This document shows, in pieces, positions 30,100 to 40,490 of a stretch of DNA of 64,000 nucleotides (positions are counted from its first letter, which is position 1; each line of letters opens with the position of its first letter). Below the pieces are notes generated by a model. It was not told the DNA's origin. It did not search any database and was given only the letters and a program-made list of their open reading frames with translations. The position numbers were made by a program, and so were the translations under genes. Location: positions 298,615-362,614 of the forward strand of contig JACKGU010000002.1 in the NCBI GenBank assembly GCA_020631855.1, in the 5' to 3' direction. Source of the DNA: Candidatus Nomurabacteria bacterium. Lineage in GTDB: Bacteria > Patescibacteriota > WWE3 > UBA101185 > UBA10185.

Positions 30100-31232
30100 T
30101 TATGCATAATATATTCTTTTAAGTTCTTTTGAAACAGCGGGCCACTCAAATTTCTTACATTGAATGTGTCCTTTTTTTACCAATTTCTTACTTAAAGTAC
30201 TACTCGAAACAACTTTCAATATACCTTTACTTATACTTTCCGACGAATAAGGATCTACTATCTCTGCGGCATCCCCTAAAACCTCCTTTAATGAATAGCA
30301 GGAAGAAGAAATTACCGGAGTACCGTAAACAAAAGCCTCCAGAACAGGGAACCCGAATCCCTCATACAAAGAAACAAATACAAAAGCCTTCGCTTTCTTA
30401 TACAATGTGGCCAACTCCTCGTTTGAAACCCAGCCGGTTAACACCACCCTGCCTTTTTCATAATTTTTGAGAAGATATTCCGAGACTGCTTCGCCATACT
30501 TTCCTCCAGAACCGACAATCACAAGTTGGAGGTTTGTTGCAACACTTACATATTTGAATGCCTCTAACAACCTCATGATATTTTTGTGTGGTAAAAATGA
30601 AGATACGGTTAGAATAAACTCACCTTCTATTTCTGGAACGATGCTCTTGATATTCTTGTCGACGCTTGAATATTTTGTGTAGCCGGGATAAAAAGCTAAT
30701 ACCTTATTCTCAGGAATATTTAACACCTCAATAAGCGAATCTCGCGAAGCCTGAGATGAGGTTATGATAACATCCGCTACTCGAGCTGAAAAAGTTACTA
30801 AAAATTTCCAAAAGAGACGATTGATTCTGGAGAAGGAATCTTTTTGATAGTACCAGTTGAGATCGTATATAGTTACAATGTTTTTTCCTGGTATAAAAAA
30901 AGGTGATGTGTAACCTAATGAATGTAATACATCCACCCCATGTTTCCTCATAATAAAAGGCAGAATAAAATTTTCATATAAAAATCTTAGAGTGCGGTTT
31001 TTAGTATCAAAACCAACAGTGTGAAAAATGAAACCGTATTCGTTTTTTTTAGTAGTTCGTAATATCTGCTTGAACAAAAAACATGAACTTCTAAGCCGGA
31101 GCTATCTTCACTTAAACTTCGCAAAATGCCCTCCGCATAGGTCTGCGTACCGCCAACCTTGTTCGGAACCACGTAAAGCAGATTCAAACCTACCTTTTTT
31201 ATAGAAACTCTCCTCTTCTCACCCTTTTTCAT
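30100..31232 (-). pseudogene. GT4 glycosyltransferase disrupted by a -1 frameshift at an A8 tract (plus-strand T8 at 31043..31050)
   Basis: The ORF at 30987..31232 encodes the GT4 N-terminus 'KVGLNLLYVVPNKVGGTQTYAEGIL'. The ORF at 30100..31077 encodes the remainder, including 'YEGFGFPVLEAFVYGTPVISS'. The frames switch inside 'gaactact-aaaaaaaa-cgaatac'. One extra A (A9) would restore a single ~375-aa ORF. Confidence 0.7.
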
Positions 31233-32017
31233 TAGTATCTCTTTAGTAATTTATAAAAAAATCTTGCCAGCATATAATGCAGATCACTAAGCTTACGAAT
31301 AAAAAAATTACTAGTATGCTTATAAACAATCTCCTGTTGTTCCCTAAATACTTTCTCAAATGCTGTTCCGCACTTGGAGCTATCATGAATTCTGAATGAA
31401 GAAAGGTTTTTGTATACAACTTTAAGCGGGTATTTTTTTATCGCACGCATCCAAAAATCAAAGTCCATTACATAATTTAAATCTTCATTAAAAAAACCTA
31501 TATCGTCGTGTAAGGTTCTTCTCCAAAAAGTACTTGGCTGAATAATGTAATTTGCTATTGCTAAAACAGTCATTACAGGGAAAAGGCGCAGCATATTTTT
31601 GAATAACTTTATTTCGAGCTGTATCTTTTTGCCATTAGCATTTATTATCCAGCCATCACCGCTCAACCACATTATCTTTGGATTATCCAAGAAAATTTGT
31701 GCTACTAAAAACAAGGAACCGGGAAGTAATAAATCATCAGAGTTTAGGTAAGCCACTATGTCGCCGGTGGATTTAGCTATGCCCTTGTTTATAGCCTCAG
31801 TCTGGCCATTGTCCTTTTCAGATACCCACAATATCCTCTCACCATAGCCTCTTAAAATATCCAGTGTGCTGTCAGTTGAAGCACCGTCCACGACAATATA
31901 CTCAAGATTAGGGTAGTTTTGACTTAACACACTTTCAATTGTTTCTTTAATAAAGCGGCCTTGGTTATAGCTTGGAGTTATTATTGAAATTTTAGGATAT
32001 TCTCTATACCTACTCAT
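31232..32017 (-). CDS. Glycosyltransferase family 2
   Basis: 'KISIITPSYNQGRFIKETIESVLSQNYPNLEYIVVDGASTDST'. Confidence 0.85.
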   Translation of the reverse strand: MSRYREYPKISIITPSYNQGRFIKETIESVLSQNYPNLEYIVVDGASTDSTLDILRGYGERILWVSEKDNGQTEAINKGIAKSTGDIVAYLNSDDLLLPGSLFLVAQIFLDNPKIMWLSGDGWIINANGKKIQLEIKLFKNMLRLFPVMTVLAIANYIIQPSTFWRRTLHDDIGFFNEDLNYVMDFDFWMRAIKKYPLKVVYKNLSSFRIHDSSKCGTAFEKVFREQQEIVYKHTSNFFIRKLSDLHYMLARFFYKLLKRY

Positions 32018-32112
32018 TGATCAATTTTACCATTTTGTTTCCGAGCATTACGAAGGAAAACCTACCTCCACCCCCGATGCCAAATAAGAAAAGCAAGTCA
32101 GCGCATCTAATG

Positions 32113-33927
32113 TCACTTTTCGAACTCAATAATGTTAGTGAAGAATGTTTTGCCGTTTATATTACTTGAAAAACTTTTTATAACCTTTAAATGTGGCCAA
32201 GACGATAAGTCAATAGTTAAATCTGTATTATGCTCGTTAGTGACAAGAAAATAGTCAAATCCTTGCTCAAGTAATACGTCATACTCTCTATTACTCTTCT
32301 TAGTTAAATCAAAAAATCTACCCGAGATAGACTTATTCAAGCCGGCCTGATTTAAATACCAATCACTGACACTGCTTACGTCATTATAACCTACCGTACC
32401 TTTTAGATTAGACGTCGCATACACATTTGCCTGCCGCACAACTTTAAAAATATCTTTATGAAGAAAAACAGTAGAGAGAGACCACCCAAAGACAACAAAT
32501 GCCAAAGACACCAGAAACACATTTTTATTTTTTAGCAATTGTAAAAAAACAAGCAATACCTGTAATACAAGCATTACGATAAAAACTTCCTTTATAGGAA
32601 GCAGAAACTGTAAACGGTATTTAAACTGCAAAACAACATATAAAAAAAGTAAAAAAAACTGAGATGAAAGAAAAAATAAAAACATTTTCTTACTATCTTT
32701 CATAACCGATCTAAAATTCTCAAGACCATTATGTAAATTTATTGTCAGCAATATAATCAGAAATGGGAGAACCGGCGTAAATATTCTTGGTATTGCTGCG
32801 GGCCAAATTAAAACTAACAATAGTTCGGCAATAACAAAAGCCGAGACCCCTAAGTTTTCGTTACCTATTGAGATAACATCTTTAAGGTTCTTCTTTATAG
32901 TTGCACGAGCCTCAGCCGAAAATGATAAAGTGCTGCTCGACTTAGAATCTTTCTCAACAAAAGTCGTGCTTGAGCTTAGACTTCCTGCGGCAGGTCTAAA
33001 GAAAATATAGCTAAAAAAAGGAACAAATCCAGATATAAAAAACAGCGAAGCAAAATAAATCAAAAAGGTATTCAAATCATAGCTTCTTCCTGAAGGTTCT
33101 TCAAAATATGACGAAGATAGGGGATTTCTATAATACCAGTAGGGCACCAGTATAAAAAGCTGTGCCGTTACAAAAGCAAGAATCTCTCTATTTTTCTTTC
33201 TCAAAAGATTAAAAATGAGATTAAGCTGAGAAAAAACAAATCTTATAATATTTTTCAAATTTGTCACAGTGGCTGGAATTTTTGAAGTGCGCCTCTTTTT
33301 ACCTGCACTAGGTGTTTTCTGTAAATTTTTTCGTTGTAAAATAGTCTCTTCCCAAGAATAAAATCCGCGTTCCAAAAATATGATGCCAATAAACAATGCG
33401 CAAATAAGAATGTAGCCCTCAAAACGAACTAAAACGCCTAATGCGCCTAAAATCCCCAAAATAAAAGATTTTTGCCAATAAAACCTTCCAAGCGTTGATT
33501 GCCGCTTTAGTAAATAAAAAGAGCATAAAACTAGGAGTAAAAAAGGCACATCGGCCATTATTCTAAGAGACCAATAAAAAAACACAGGATTAAAACCTAA
33601 TAAAGCGATGGATAGAGATTGATAAACCGGACTCGAAATAAAATAACGAACATAGTACGTAAAAACTGTTAAGAGCAAAGCTGTAATAACTAACATTTCC
33701 GCCCGCCCCCATTGCACAGGGTCAACTTTAGAAGGGCGAGCAGCTAAAATAAGTGAAAATAACGGGGCTCTTTTTTCGTCTGAAGGGTATTGATAATTTC
33801 TTAAATACTCCGCTGCTCGCAAAATTCGATAGCTATCGCCCCATTCTGCCGCGTTTACGTTGGTAAATAAGGCTCGTATAAGTATGACGAAAGCCAAAAC
33901 TATAAAAGGTAGTTTTTTCATATTCAT
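32113..33927 (-). CDS. PMT_2/ArnT-like GT-C glycosyltransferase with a Ser/Thr-rich internal loop
   Basis: 'WGDSYRILRAAEYL', 'SDEKRAPLFSLILA', 'WGRAEMLVITALLLTVFTYYVRYF', and the low-complexity stretch 'SLSSSTTFVEKDSKSSSTLSFS'. Confidence 0.7.
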   Translation of the reverse strand: MNMKKLPFIVLAFVILIRALFTNVNAAEWGDSYRILRAAEYLRNYQYPSDEKRAPLFSLILAARPSKVDPVQWGRAEMLVITALLLTVFTYYVRYFISSPVYQSLSIALLGFNPVFFYWSLRIMADVPFLLLVLCSFYLLKRQSTLGRFYWQKSFILGILGALGVLVRFEGYILICALFIGIIFLERGFYSWEETILQRKNLQKTPSAGKKRRTSKIPATVTNLKNIIRFVFSQLNLIFNLLRKKNREILAFVTAQLFILVPYWYYRNPLSSSYFEEPSGRSYDLNTFLIYFASLFFISGFVPFFSYIFFRPAAGSLSSSTTFVEKDSKSSSTLSFSAEARATIKKNLKDVISIGNENLGVSAFVIAELLLVLIWPAAIPRIFTPVLPFLIILLTINLHNGLENFRSVMKDSKKMFLFFLSSQFFLLFLYVVLQFKYRLQFLLPIKEVFIVMLVLQVLLVFLQLLKNKNVFLVSLAFVVFGWSLSTVFLHKDIFKVVRQANVYATSNLKGTVGYNDVSSVSDWYLNQAGLNKSISGRFFDLTKKSNREYDVLLEQGFDYFLVTNEHNTDLTIDLSSWPHLKVIKSFSSNINGKTFFTNIIEFEK

Positions 33928-35165
33928 ATACGAGTATTTTTACTTCTTGCGGTTGAAACAAAATCGTACACCTTATTAAGTTGTAAAGCCCTCTGTCTCC
34001 AAGAATAAATGCGAGACACTAAATCCACGTCCACAAAAGGCCTGCCTTCAATAATCTCTTTGATTTGTCTTGCAATGGTCTCAGGCTTGGTATCGTGTAA
34101 GTAAAAAACTCCTGAGACAGAATCGTCAATTTTAAAAGCCGAGCCAAGGACAGGAATGCCGCACGCAAGGCCTTGCACAGCAACTTTTGGCAAACCTTCC
34201 CAAGACGACGGGAGCACAAAAATATCCGAAGCCTGGTAAGCTATAGGAACCTCTTCATTTGGAGTATACCCAACAAATACAATTCTTTTTGAAAGCCTGT
34301 TTTCTTCAATAATCAAATCGACCGTTTGCCGATACTTAGAATCGGGCCAGGGCCCTACCAGTAAAAGCTTGTAGTGGGGAGGCAGGTACTTTAATGCCTC
34401 AACAACACAATGAGTGTTTTTCCGATCTATCATTGCCCCATGGTGCAAAATAACTACATCTTTTGGATCTAAACCTAAATCTTTTCTAGTCTTATCCTTT
34501 TCTTCAATAGTGGTCGGTTTAAATAAATCCGGATTTACTCCTGACTCTAAAATAAAACATTTTTTTGCGTCGACATTGTAATGCTTTTTGGCCTCATTAA
34601 AAACATCTAGGCTTACAAAGATACATGCATCTGCTATCTTAACAGCCGTTTCATCAGACAAACGTGCTAACGGCCAGTCAATTTTCTCTGTCAAATATTT
34701 AAGCTCTTTGCCGCTTTTATTCATAGCCTCGAACCTGCCGGCCACTGTGTTATGGAAATGAACTACAAGAGGAGTTCTTAGTTCTTTTGCTCTTTTATAA
34801 AATTTTCGTAAGAAATATCTATACAGGTAAATCCACAGTGCAAAATGTCCGTGACTATGAATAACATCTACAGAATTGGACTTTTTCAAACGCCAAAACC
34901 AATATCTAAAAAACAACAGAGGAGCGACAGTAACTAGCATTAGTCCTTGAGCCGGTGTGCGGAAAGGTAATGAAGAATTACCTAAAAAGTGGATGAGTTT
35001 TATCTTACCGCTGTAATCGGCAGGAGGGCCTTGCCGTGGCCATCGTGCGGAAAATACCGACACCTCGTGACCCAGATCAATTTGGGCTTTTGACAATTCA
35101 TAGGGATGTGGCGCCAAGCCGTCAGAAGGCGGTGGCCAATCATATATGATTCTTAGAATCTTCAT
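33924..35165 (-). CDS. Glycosyltransferase family 4
   Basis: 'MKILRIIYDWPPP', 'VLPSSWEGLPKVAVQGLACGIPVLGS'. Confidence 0.85.
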   Translation of the reverse strand: MKILRIIYDWPPPSDGLAPHPYELSKAQIDLGHEVSVFSARWPRQGPPADYSGKIKLIHFLGNSSLPFRTPAQGLMLVTVAPLLFFRYWFWRLKKSNSVDVIHSHGHFALWIYLYRYFLRKFYKRAKELRTPLVVHFHNTVAGRFEAMNKSGKELKYLTEKIDWPLARLSDETAVKIADACIFVSLDVFNEAKKHYNVDAKKCFILESGVNPDLFKPTTIEEKDKTRKDLGLDPKDVVILHHGAMIDRKNTHCVVEALKYLPPHYKLLLVGPWPDSKYRQTVDLIIEENRLSKRIVFVGYTPNEEVPIAYQASDIFVLPSSWEGLPKVAVQGLACGIPVLGSAFKIDDSVSGVFYLHDTKPETIARQIKEIIEGRPFVDVDLVSRIYSWRQRALQLNKVYDFVSTARSKNTRI

Positions 35166-36508
35166 TGAAGAACCTCCTCGATGACTTTCAGATACCCGTC
35201 AACCATGTTATTCAATGTAAACTCAGACCTTGCCTTTGTCAAAGCACGATCTGAAAATTTTGCGGATAAAGACTTGTCTAAAAGTAAGGCTTTGCAAGCT
35301 TCTACAAGCTCGGAAATGTTTCCGGGGCTAACCAAAAAACCTGTTTCACCCGACACCACAGCATCTGAATTACCTCCAATATCGCTAGCTATACAAGGCA
35401 GGCCGCACATCATGGCTTCAACTAAAACCATCGGGAATCCCTCTTTACGCAATGTCGGAAAAATAAATATTGACATGTTTTTAAGTAAGCTGACTACCTG
35501 TTCGTATTGAAGTTTGCCATGCAAAACAAAAATATCCTGTAAATCATATTTTTGAATCTTATCTTTTAAAGCAGCTAGATCCTTGCCGTCTCCAATTACA
35601 TGCATTTTTAGTTGAACATTAATTTCGCTATCGTTTATCAATTCTTCGACAAAGGGTAACAATAAAAAAACCCCCTTTGTTTTTTCAATTCTGCCATTAA
35701 AAACAAGGTTCACATAGCCATCATATTCTGCCAAGCTCGAAATATCTTTATTAGCAGATTTCGAATAAAGAGAGCTGTTTTTGGCGGGCAAACTTTTATC
35801 AAATAAGCCGGCCTCTACCCCATTGTGTATTACAACTACCCTATCTTCAGGAATAAAAGTCTCGTCAATTACTGATTTTTTTACGCTATTCGATACAGCA
35901 ATAATTTTATCGGAACCAAAAATAAAACGCCGCTGGTTTGTAAAATAATTTACTAAAACATAAGCGGTATCTCTAAATAAAGAAAGCAGCGCGACGGGTG
36001 AAAAATAAGATTTAATCTCAAGCTCCTTAACTCTTGTGACATATTCACTCAAAATCGATCCGTGCGAAATTGACACTATTTTTATTCCAAGCTGTTTTTT
36101 AGCATTTATGATTCCCAAGCCTACAGAACTCTGACATATAACCACATCAAATCTATTCTCAGCATGGTACTTAGAAAAATAGGCTAATGATTTCTCTTTC
36201 CAATCTTCTTTTCCTTTTTTGGAGAACAGCCCGCTTACATTTATAAATGGTAAAAATTTCTCAAAAAACCTTGCGACATCATCTTCAATATTTTGAAAGA
36301 ATATGCCCATACGATACACGGCAGGAATAAAAACATAAGTAACCCCTGAATCAACAGTGCCGTCAGTCTCAATCTCGGCTTTCGGTGAAAAAACAATAAC
36401 GGAATTTCCTCGCCTAACCAATTCCTCAACAAGTAATTTATTTTGGGTCTCTAAACCTCCATATCCCTTATGGAAAGTGGTTTTTTTGGTAAAGACTGCT
36501 ATATGCAT
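35162..36508 (-). CDS. Glycosyltransferase family 4
   Basis: 'IFPTLRKEGFPMVLVEAMMCGLPCIASDIGGNSDAV'. Confidence 0.85.
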   Translation of the reverse strand: MHIAVFTKKTTFHKGYGGLETQNKLLVEELVRRGNSVIVFSPKAEIETDGTVDSGVTYVFIPAVYRMGIFFQNIEDDVARFFEKFLPFINVSGLFSKKGKEDWKEKSLAYFSKYHAENRFDVVICQSSVGLGIINAKKQLGIKIVSISHGSILSEYVTRVKELEIKSYFSPVALLSLFRDTAYVLVNYFTNQRRFIFGSDKIIAVSNSVKKSVIDETFIPEDRVVVIHNGVEAGLFDKSLPAKNSSLYSKSANKDISSLAEYDGYVNLVFNGRIEKTKGVFLLLPFVEELINDSEINVQLKMHVIGDGKDLAALKDKIQKYDLQDIFVLHGKLQYEQVVSLLKNMSIFIFPTLRKEGFPMVLVEAMMCGLPCIASDIGGNSDAVVSGETGFLVSPGNISELVEACKALLLDKSLSAKFSDRALTKARSEFTLNNMVDGYLKVIEEVLQ

Positions 36509-36593
36509 ATGTTAATTCTATCAAAAAATACGAACTAATTGCTATCATTCCCATGTGACAAAGAGGCTCAAGCACTAACACCGCCGAGTAATC

Positions 36594-36622
36594 TTTAAAA
36601 ATAAGGCCTGTTAGTGTAAAAT
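36594..36622 (+). promoter_or_regulatory. Candidate extended -10 promoter (TGTAAAAT) 9 nt upstream of the ATG of 36632
   Basis: 'tttaaa-N17-tgTAAAAT' is followed by 'caaagtact ATG'. No SD. Confidence 0.25.
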
Positions 36623-36631
36623 CAAAGTACT

Positions 36632-37564
36632 ATGGCCTTAAATAATAACGAAATAAGAAAAAAAGAGCTTGAAGTCTATAATTTATATCTTCAAAAAACA
36701 GGGCTTAGCCCCGCAACAATTAAAAAACTGGAACTTTCCCCCGAAGATGTAGCTAAAATTATTACCAAAATGACATCCGCAGACTCAACACTACGACTTT
36801 TCACAAATGCAAAGAAAGAAACCAGAGACAACTACCTAAAGCAGTCTGTAACTATAAGAGAACAGGGCTTCATTATGGTTGCACTCACAATGCTAGACGC
36901 GGTTCAGGCATGGGATATCGCCAATAAATACGCTAAAGGTATTAGAGAGACAAACGATCATAAAAAAATAGCCTACACACTTCTTGCCGACAGAGAAAAA
37001 ACAAACAAAGGCAAGCTAAAATATCTAACAGAAGCTAGTAAATGTCTTGAAGAGGCTTTAAAAGCAACGGAAGGTGAGAGCATATCAATTTTGAAAGTTC
37101 ATCAAGCTTCATTAAATTACGACCTGGCTTTACTTCACGACACTAAATCTAAAGAGAAAAAACTTAAAACAGCGCTAAAAATGGTAGACGAGGCTTTAAA
37201 AACCTTGCCCGGATCACAAGCACACAGAGCTTGGCCACTGCCTATAAAAGCTAAAATACTCATAGAGCTCAAACTTTACGACAAAGCATTGAAAGTGCTT
37301 CAAGAAGCGGAGTCTTGTATTTACTATGGCTACGAAGAAGAACAAAATAAGAATAAACAAGCCGACATGGTTCTATCGGTATGGACAACGGGAATAGCAC
37401 TACAAATGGCTCTTCTGCACATAAAGACCAATAAAAATACTACAGCCAGAATTTACCTATCGGCAGTAATAAACTGTCCCGATGCAGCCGGCGTACTGGC
37501 TAATCGAAAATTGCAGGCAAAAAATCTTCTTAAAAAATTAGAAGAGCCCTCAAAAGAAAATTGA
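36632..37564 (+). CDS. Hypothetical soluble alpha-helical protein. It is the only plus-strand gene embedded in the minus-strand glycosylation locus.
   Basis: The 310-aa ORF has no TM segments and is Lys/Glu/Ala-rich with helical repeats. No motif I recognise. Confidence 0.55.
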   Translation: MALNNNEIRKKELEVYNLYLQKTGLSPATIKKLELSPEDVAKIITKMTSADSTLRLFTNAKKETRDNYLKQSVTIREQGFIMVALTMLDAVQAWDIANKYAKGIRETNDHKKIAYTLLADREKTNKGKLKYLTEASKCLEEALKATEGESISILKVHQASLNYDLALLHDTKSKEKKLKTALKMVDEALKTLPGSQAHRAWPLPIKAKILIELKLYDKALKVLQEAESCIYYGYEEEQNKNKQADMVLSVWTTGIALQMALLHIKTNKNTTARIYLSAVINCPDAAGVLANRKLQAKNLLKKLEEPSKEN

Positions 37565-37697
37565 AGCAGGGTCTAAGATTTTGCACTCTTAATTTACCCC
37601 GGTTGATATTTTTGGATCTCGGCTATAAGGATCCTTTGCTTCTACCGTTATCGGTTCCGGGCTTTGGACTTAAAAAAAATAGCTTGTGGCCAAAATA

Positions 37698-38993
37698 CTA
37701 ATCCAAAAGCATCTGCTCAAGCTGTCTTACATTTATATCTATGTTAAAGAGTTTCTCTGCTTTAATATAAACCGCCTCACCCAGTTTCTTAGACAATGCA
37801 GTATCTGCTGTTAGCTTTTTCACCCCGTCAACTATTGCACCGACATCCTTTTGAGGAATAATAATGCTGTTTGTTGAGTCAATTAAATCTCCAACGCTTC
37901 CTACATCTGTGGAAATTATAGGCAACTTTGCAAGTGCCGCCTCTATCAACACAGTCGGTACGCCATCTACATCGCCTTCTTTTGTCTCAATGCCAGGAAA
38001 TACAAATATATCCGAAATTCTGTAAAATTCCAGAACTTTTTCATTTGGCATGCCTTTGCCGTCACCGTGAATTATTACGGTCTCTTCGAGACCGTATTCT
38101 TTAATTTTATCCTTAATCTCGTTGTAGGTAGAAAGATCATCTGCAGGCCCTACCAGATTTACAACATGAGCAAAACCTTCATCCCTCAATATCTTGGAAG
38201 CCTCAACCATGTAAATAATTCCCTTTTTTTTAGTAAATCGAGTACCGCCTAAAAATATAGACGTTATTGCAGGCTTTTCTACGGACAATGGTTTAGAATA
38301 AGCGTCTTTATAGTCAAAGCCGTGAAACAGCAGATGAACATTACCGCTAGAGGCCGAGAGATTTGCGAACTCGATGGTTTTTCGCCATGTGTTTCCGTTG
38401 CAAACAACAATAAATTTTGCCTCCCTTGCTTTTACTGGAATTAGCGACCCTTCAACAAACACGTCTTTCGCGTGAGCAGAAACACTAAAGGGCACCCCCA
38501 ATAACTTTGCGGCAACCATTACAATTGTCGACTGATCTGACAGAAAGTGACAATGGATGTGCTCCGGCTTGTAAACCTCAAACATTCGCGCAAAAGCCAC
38601 TCCCTTAAAAAAATGGACTAATCTTGCACGATGGAATCTTTTTAAGACGCTGTTATCCGCCGCCGGATCAAAATTTTTTCTTTTTAGTTGCAACAAATAA
38701 GGCACAGAATCTTCACCTGAGATCAGTCTATGGGCTTGCCAGGTTTTTCTGGGGCGTAACAGAATATATTTTATCAGCGCCTCAAAGCAAATCTTCACCG
38801 ACAATCTTTGATAGTGAGTTTTTGCCAAAACTTTCTGCGAAGCAAAACCTGTACCTCTAGACATTGAGAGAACAGAAATATCAAGATTATCCCATTCAAC
38901 AAGCTTTCCAATCTCACGACTAATGAAAGTCTGAGACAGCATCGGAAACTGCGGAACGAAATATAGAATTTTCTTCTTTTGATCTTTACTCAT
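37698..38993 (-). CDS. Glycosyltransferase family 4
   Basis: 'IFVFPGIETKEGDVDGVPTVLIEAALAKLPIISTDVGSVGDLI'. Confidence 0.85.
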   Translation of the reverse strand: MSKDQKKKILYFVPQFPMLSQTFISREIGKLVEWDNLDISVLSMSRGTGFASQKVLAKTHYQRLSVKICFEALIKYILLRPRKTWQAHRLISGEDSVPYLLQLKRKNFDPAADNSVLKRFHRARLVHFFKGVAFARMFEVYKPEHIHCHFLSDQSTIVMVAAKLLGVPFSVSAHAKDVFVEGSLIPVKAREAKFIVVCNGNTWRKTIEFANLSASSGNVHLLFHGFDYKDAYSKPLSVEKPAITSIFLGGTRFTKKKGIIYMVEASKILRDEGFAHVVNLVGPADDLSTYNEIKDKIKEYGLEETVIIHGDGKGMPNEKVLEFYRISDIFVFPGIETKEGDVDGVPTVLIEAALAKLPIISTDVGSVGDLIDSTNSIIIPQKDVGAIVDGVKKLTADTALSKKLGEAVYIKAEKLFNIDINVRQLEQMLLD

Positions 38994-38998
38994 AAGAA

Positions 38999-40411
38999 CT
39001 ATTTTTTCCCATTCTGGCTCTTTAATAAAGCGGTTGTAACAAATCCTCTCTTCTCTTCGTCCTCAAGTAAAAATTCGTTGTATCCGTTTGTTCTCTTTCC
39101 TACAGCAAAATATGTAAAGCCCTGAGCTTCGACTTTCTTTTGATCCAAAAGGTTACGACCATCGAAAACAAATTTTCTCTTTGATGAGCCCATTGCACGC
39201 CACAACTTCTCTATGTCTATATTTTTAAACTCACCCCATTCCGTTAGTATACAAACAGCATCAACATCTTTTACAGCTGAGTACATGTCTTCGGCATAGG
39301 TAATGTCTTTATCCCCAAGTTCGCGCCTTGAGTTTTCCATTGCCTGCGGGTCATAAACCGAAACAGTTGCTCCATGACCTCGAAGCTCTCGAACAATTTT
39401 TATTGCCTTAGAATCTCTAATGTCGTCTGTATCTGCTTTGAATGCGAGACCAAGGCAAGCTATCTTTTTACCTTCCATATTAATTCCAAACACTTTTCTT
39501 ATTTTTCTAACAAAATGGTGCATTTGCGAGTCATTAACTTCCATAACACTTCTCAATAATTTGAAATCGTATGCCTCCTCTGTAGAAGTTTTATACAATG
39601 CAGCAACATCTTTCGGGAAGCAACTTCCTCCATAACCAATGCTTACATTTAAAAAGTGTCTTCCTATTCTTTTATCGTAACCCATGCCCTTAGCAACAAG
39701 ACCAACGTCTGCTCCTGCGCGCTCGCAAAGCTGGCCGATTTCATTAATAAAAGAGATTTTAGTGGCTAAAATAGCGTTTGATGCATACTTAATCATCTCA
39801 GCGGTTCTAAGGTCGCACTCAACCATAGGAGCATCTAAATGACCATAAAATTCACGTAAAACAGTTAAAGCACGCTCATTTTCTGTTCCCACAACAGTTC
39901 GATCAGTCTCCTTCATGTCCTCCAAAGCTCTGCCTTCCGCTAAGAATTCGGGGTTTGAGGCTACATCAAACTCAACGCCTTCCTCAGCGTACTCTCGAAC
40001 TATTTGTTTAACACGCTCATTAGTACCTACAGGAACGGTACTTTTAGTTATAATAACAACGTATTTATCACCTTTCTTAAGATTTTGACCGATTTCTTTT
40101 GCCACAGCCCACACATAGGATAAATCGGCAGCTCCGGTGTCGGACATAGGAGTACCTACGCATATCAAAATCATGTCTGCGTCCTTCATGCCTTCAGCTA
40201 AAGAGGTTGTAAACGAAAGTTTGCCCGTTTTGATATTTCTCAGCACCACCTCGTCAAGACCAGGCTCATAAATAGGCATAATACCCTCTTCAATCTTAGC
40301 TATCTTTTTTTCATCTATATCAACTCCAACAACGCTGTTGCCCCAGTCAGCGAACACAGCAGCACCAACTAAACCTACATATCCTGTACCTATAACACAT
40401 ACTTTTTTCAT
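38999..40411 (-). CDS. ugd: UDP-glucose 6-dehydrogenase (nucleotide-sugar dehydrogenase family)
   Basis: The N-terminal NAD fold is 'KVCVIGTGYVGLVGAAVFADWG'. The catalytic motif is 'GYGGSCFPKDV'. SD 'AAAGGAGAG' lies upstream. Confidence 0.92.
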   Translation of the reverse strand: MKKVCVIGTGYVGLVGAAVFADWGNSVVGVDIDEKKIAKIEEGIMPIYEPGLDEVVLRNIKTGKLSFTTSLAEGMKDADMILICVGTPMSDTGAADLSYVWAVAKEIGQNLKKGDKYVVIITKSTVPVGTNERVKQIVREYAEEGVEFDVASNPEFLAEGRALEDMKETDRTVVGTENERALTVLREFYGHLDAPMVECDLRTAEMIKYASNAILATKISFINEIGQLCERAGADVGLVAKGMGYDKRIGRHFLNVSIGYGGSCFPKDVAALYKTSTEEAYDFKLLRSVMEVNDSQMHHFVRKIRKVFGINMEGKKIACLGLAFKADTDDIRDSKAIKIVRELRGHGATVSVYDPQAMENSRRELGDKDITYAEDMYSAVKDVDAVCILTEWGEFKNIDIEKLWRAMGSSKRKFVFDGRNLLDQKKVEAQGFTYFAVGKRTNGYNEFLLEDEEKRGFVTTALLKSQNGKK

Positions 40412-40490
40412 TAAACTCTCCTTTAGTTAGGACCTTTACACCGGCGATTTTTTAAGAAAAGCCTCTTTATCAAAGCGGGCCCTAAATTTA

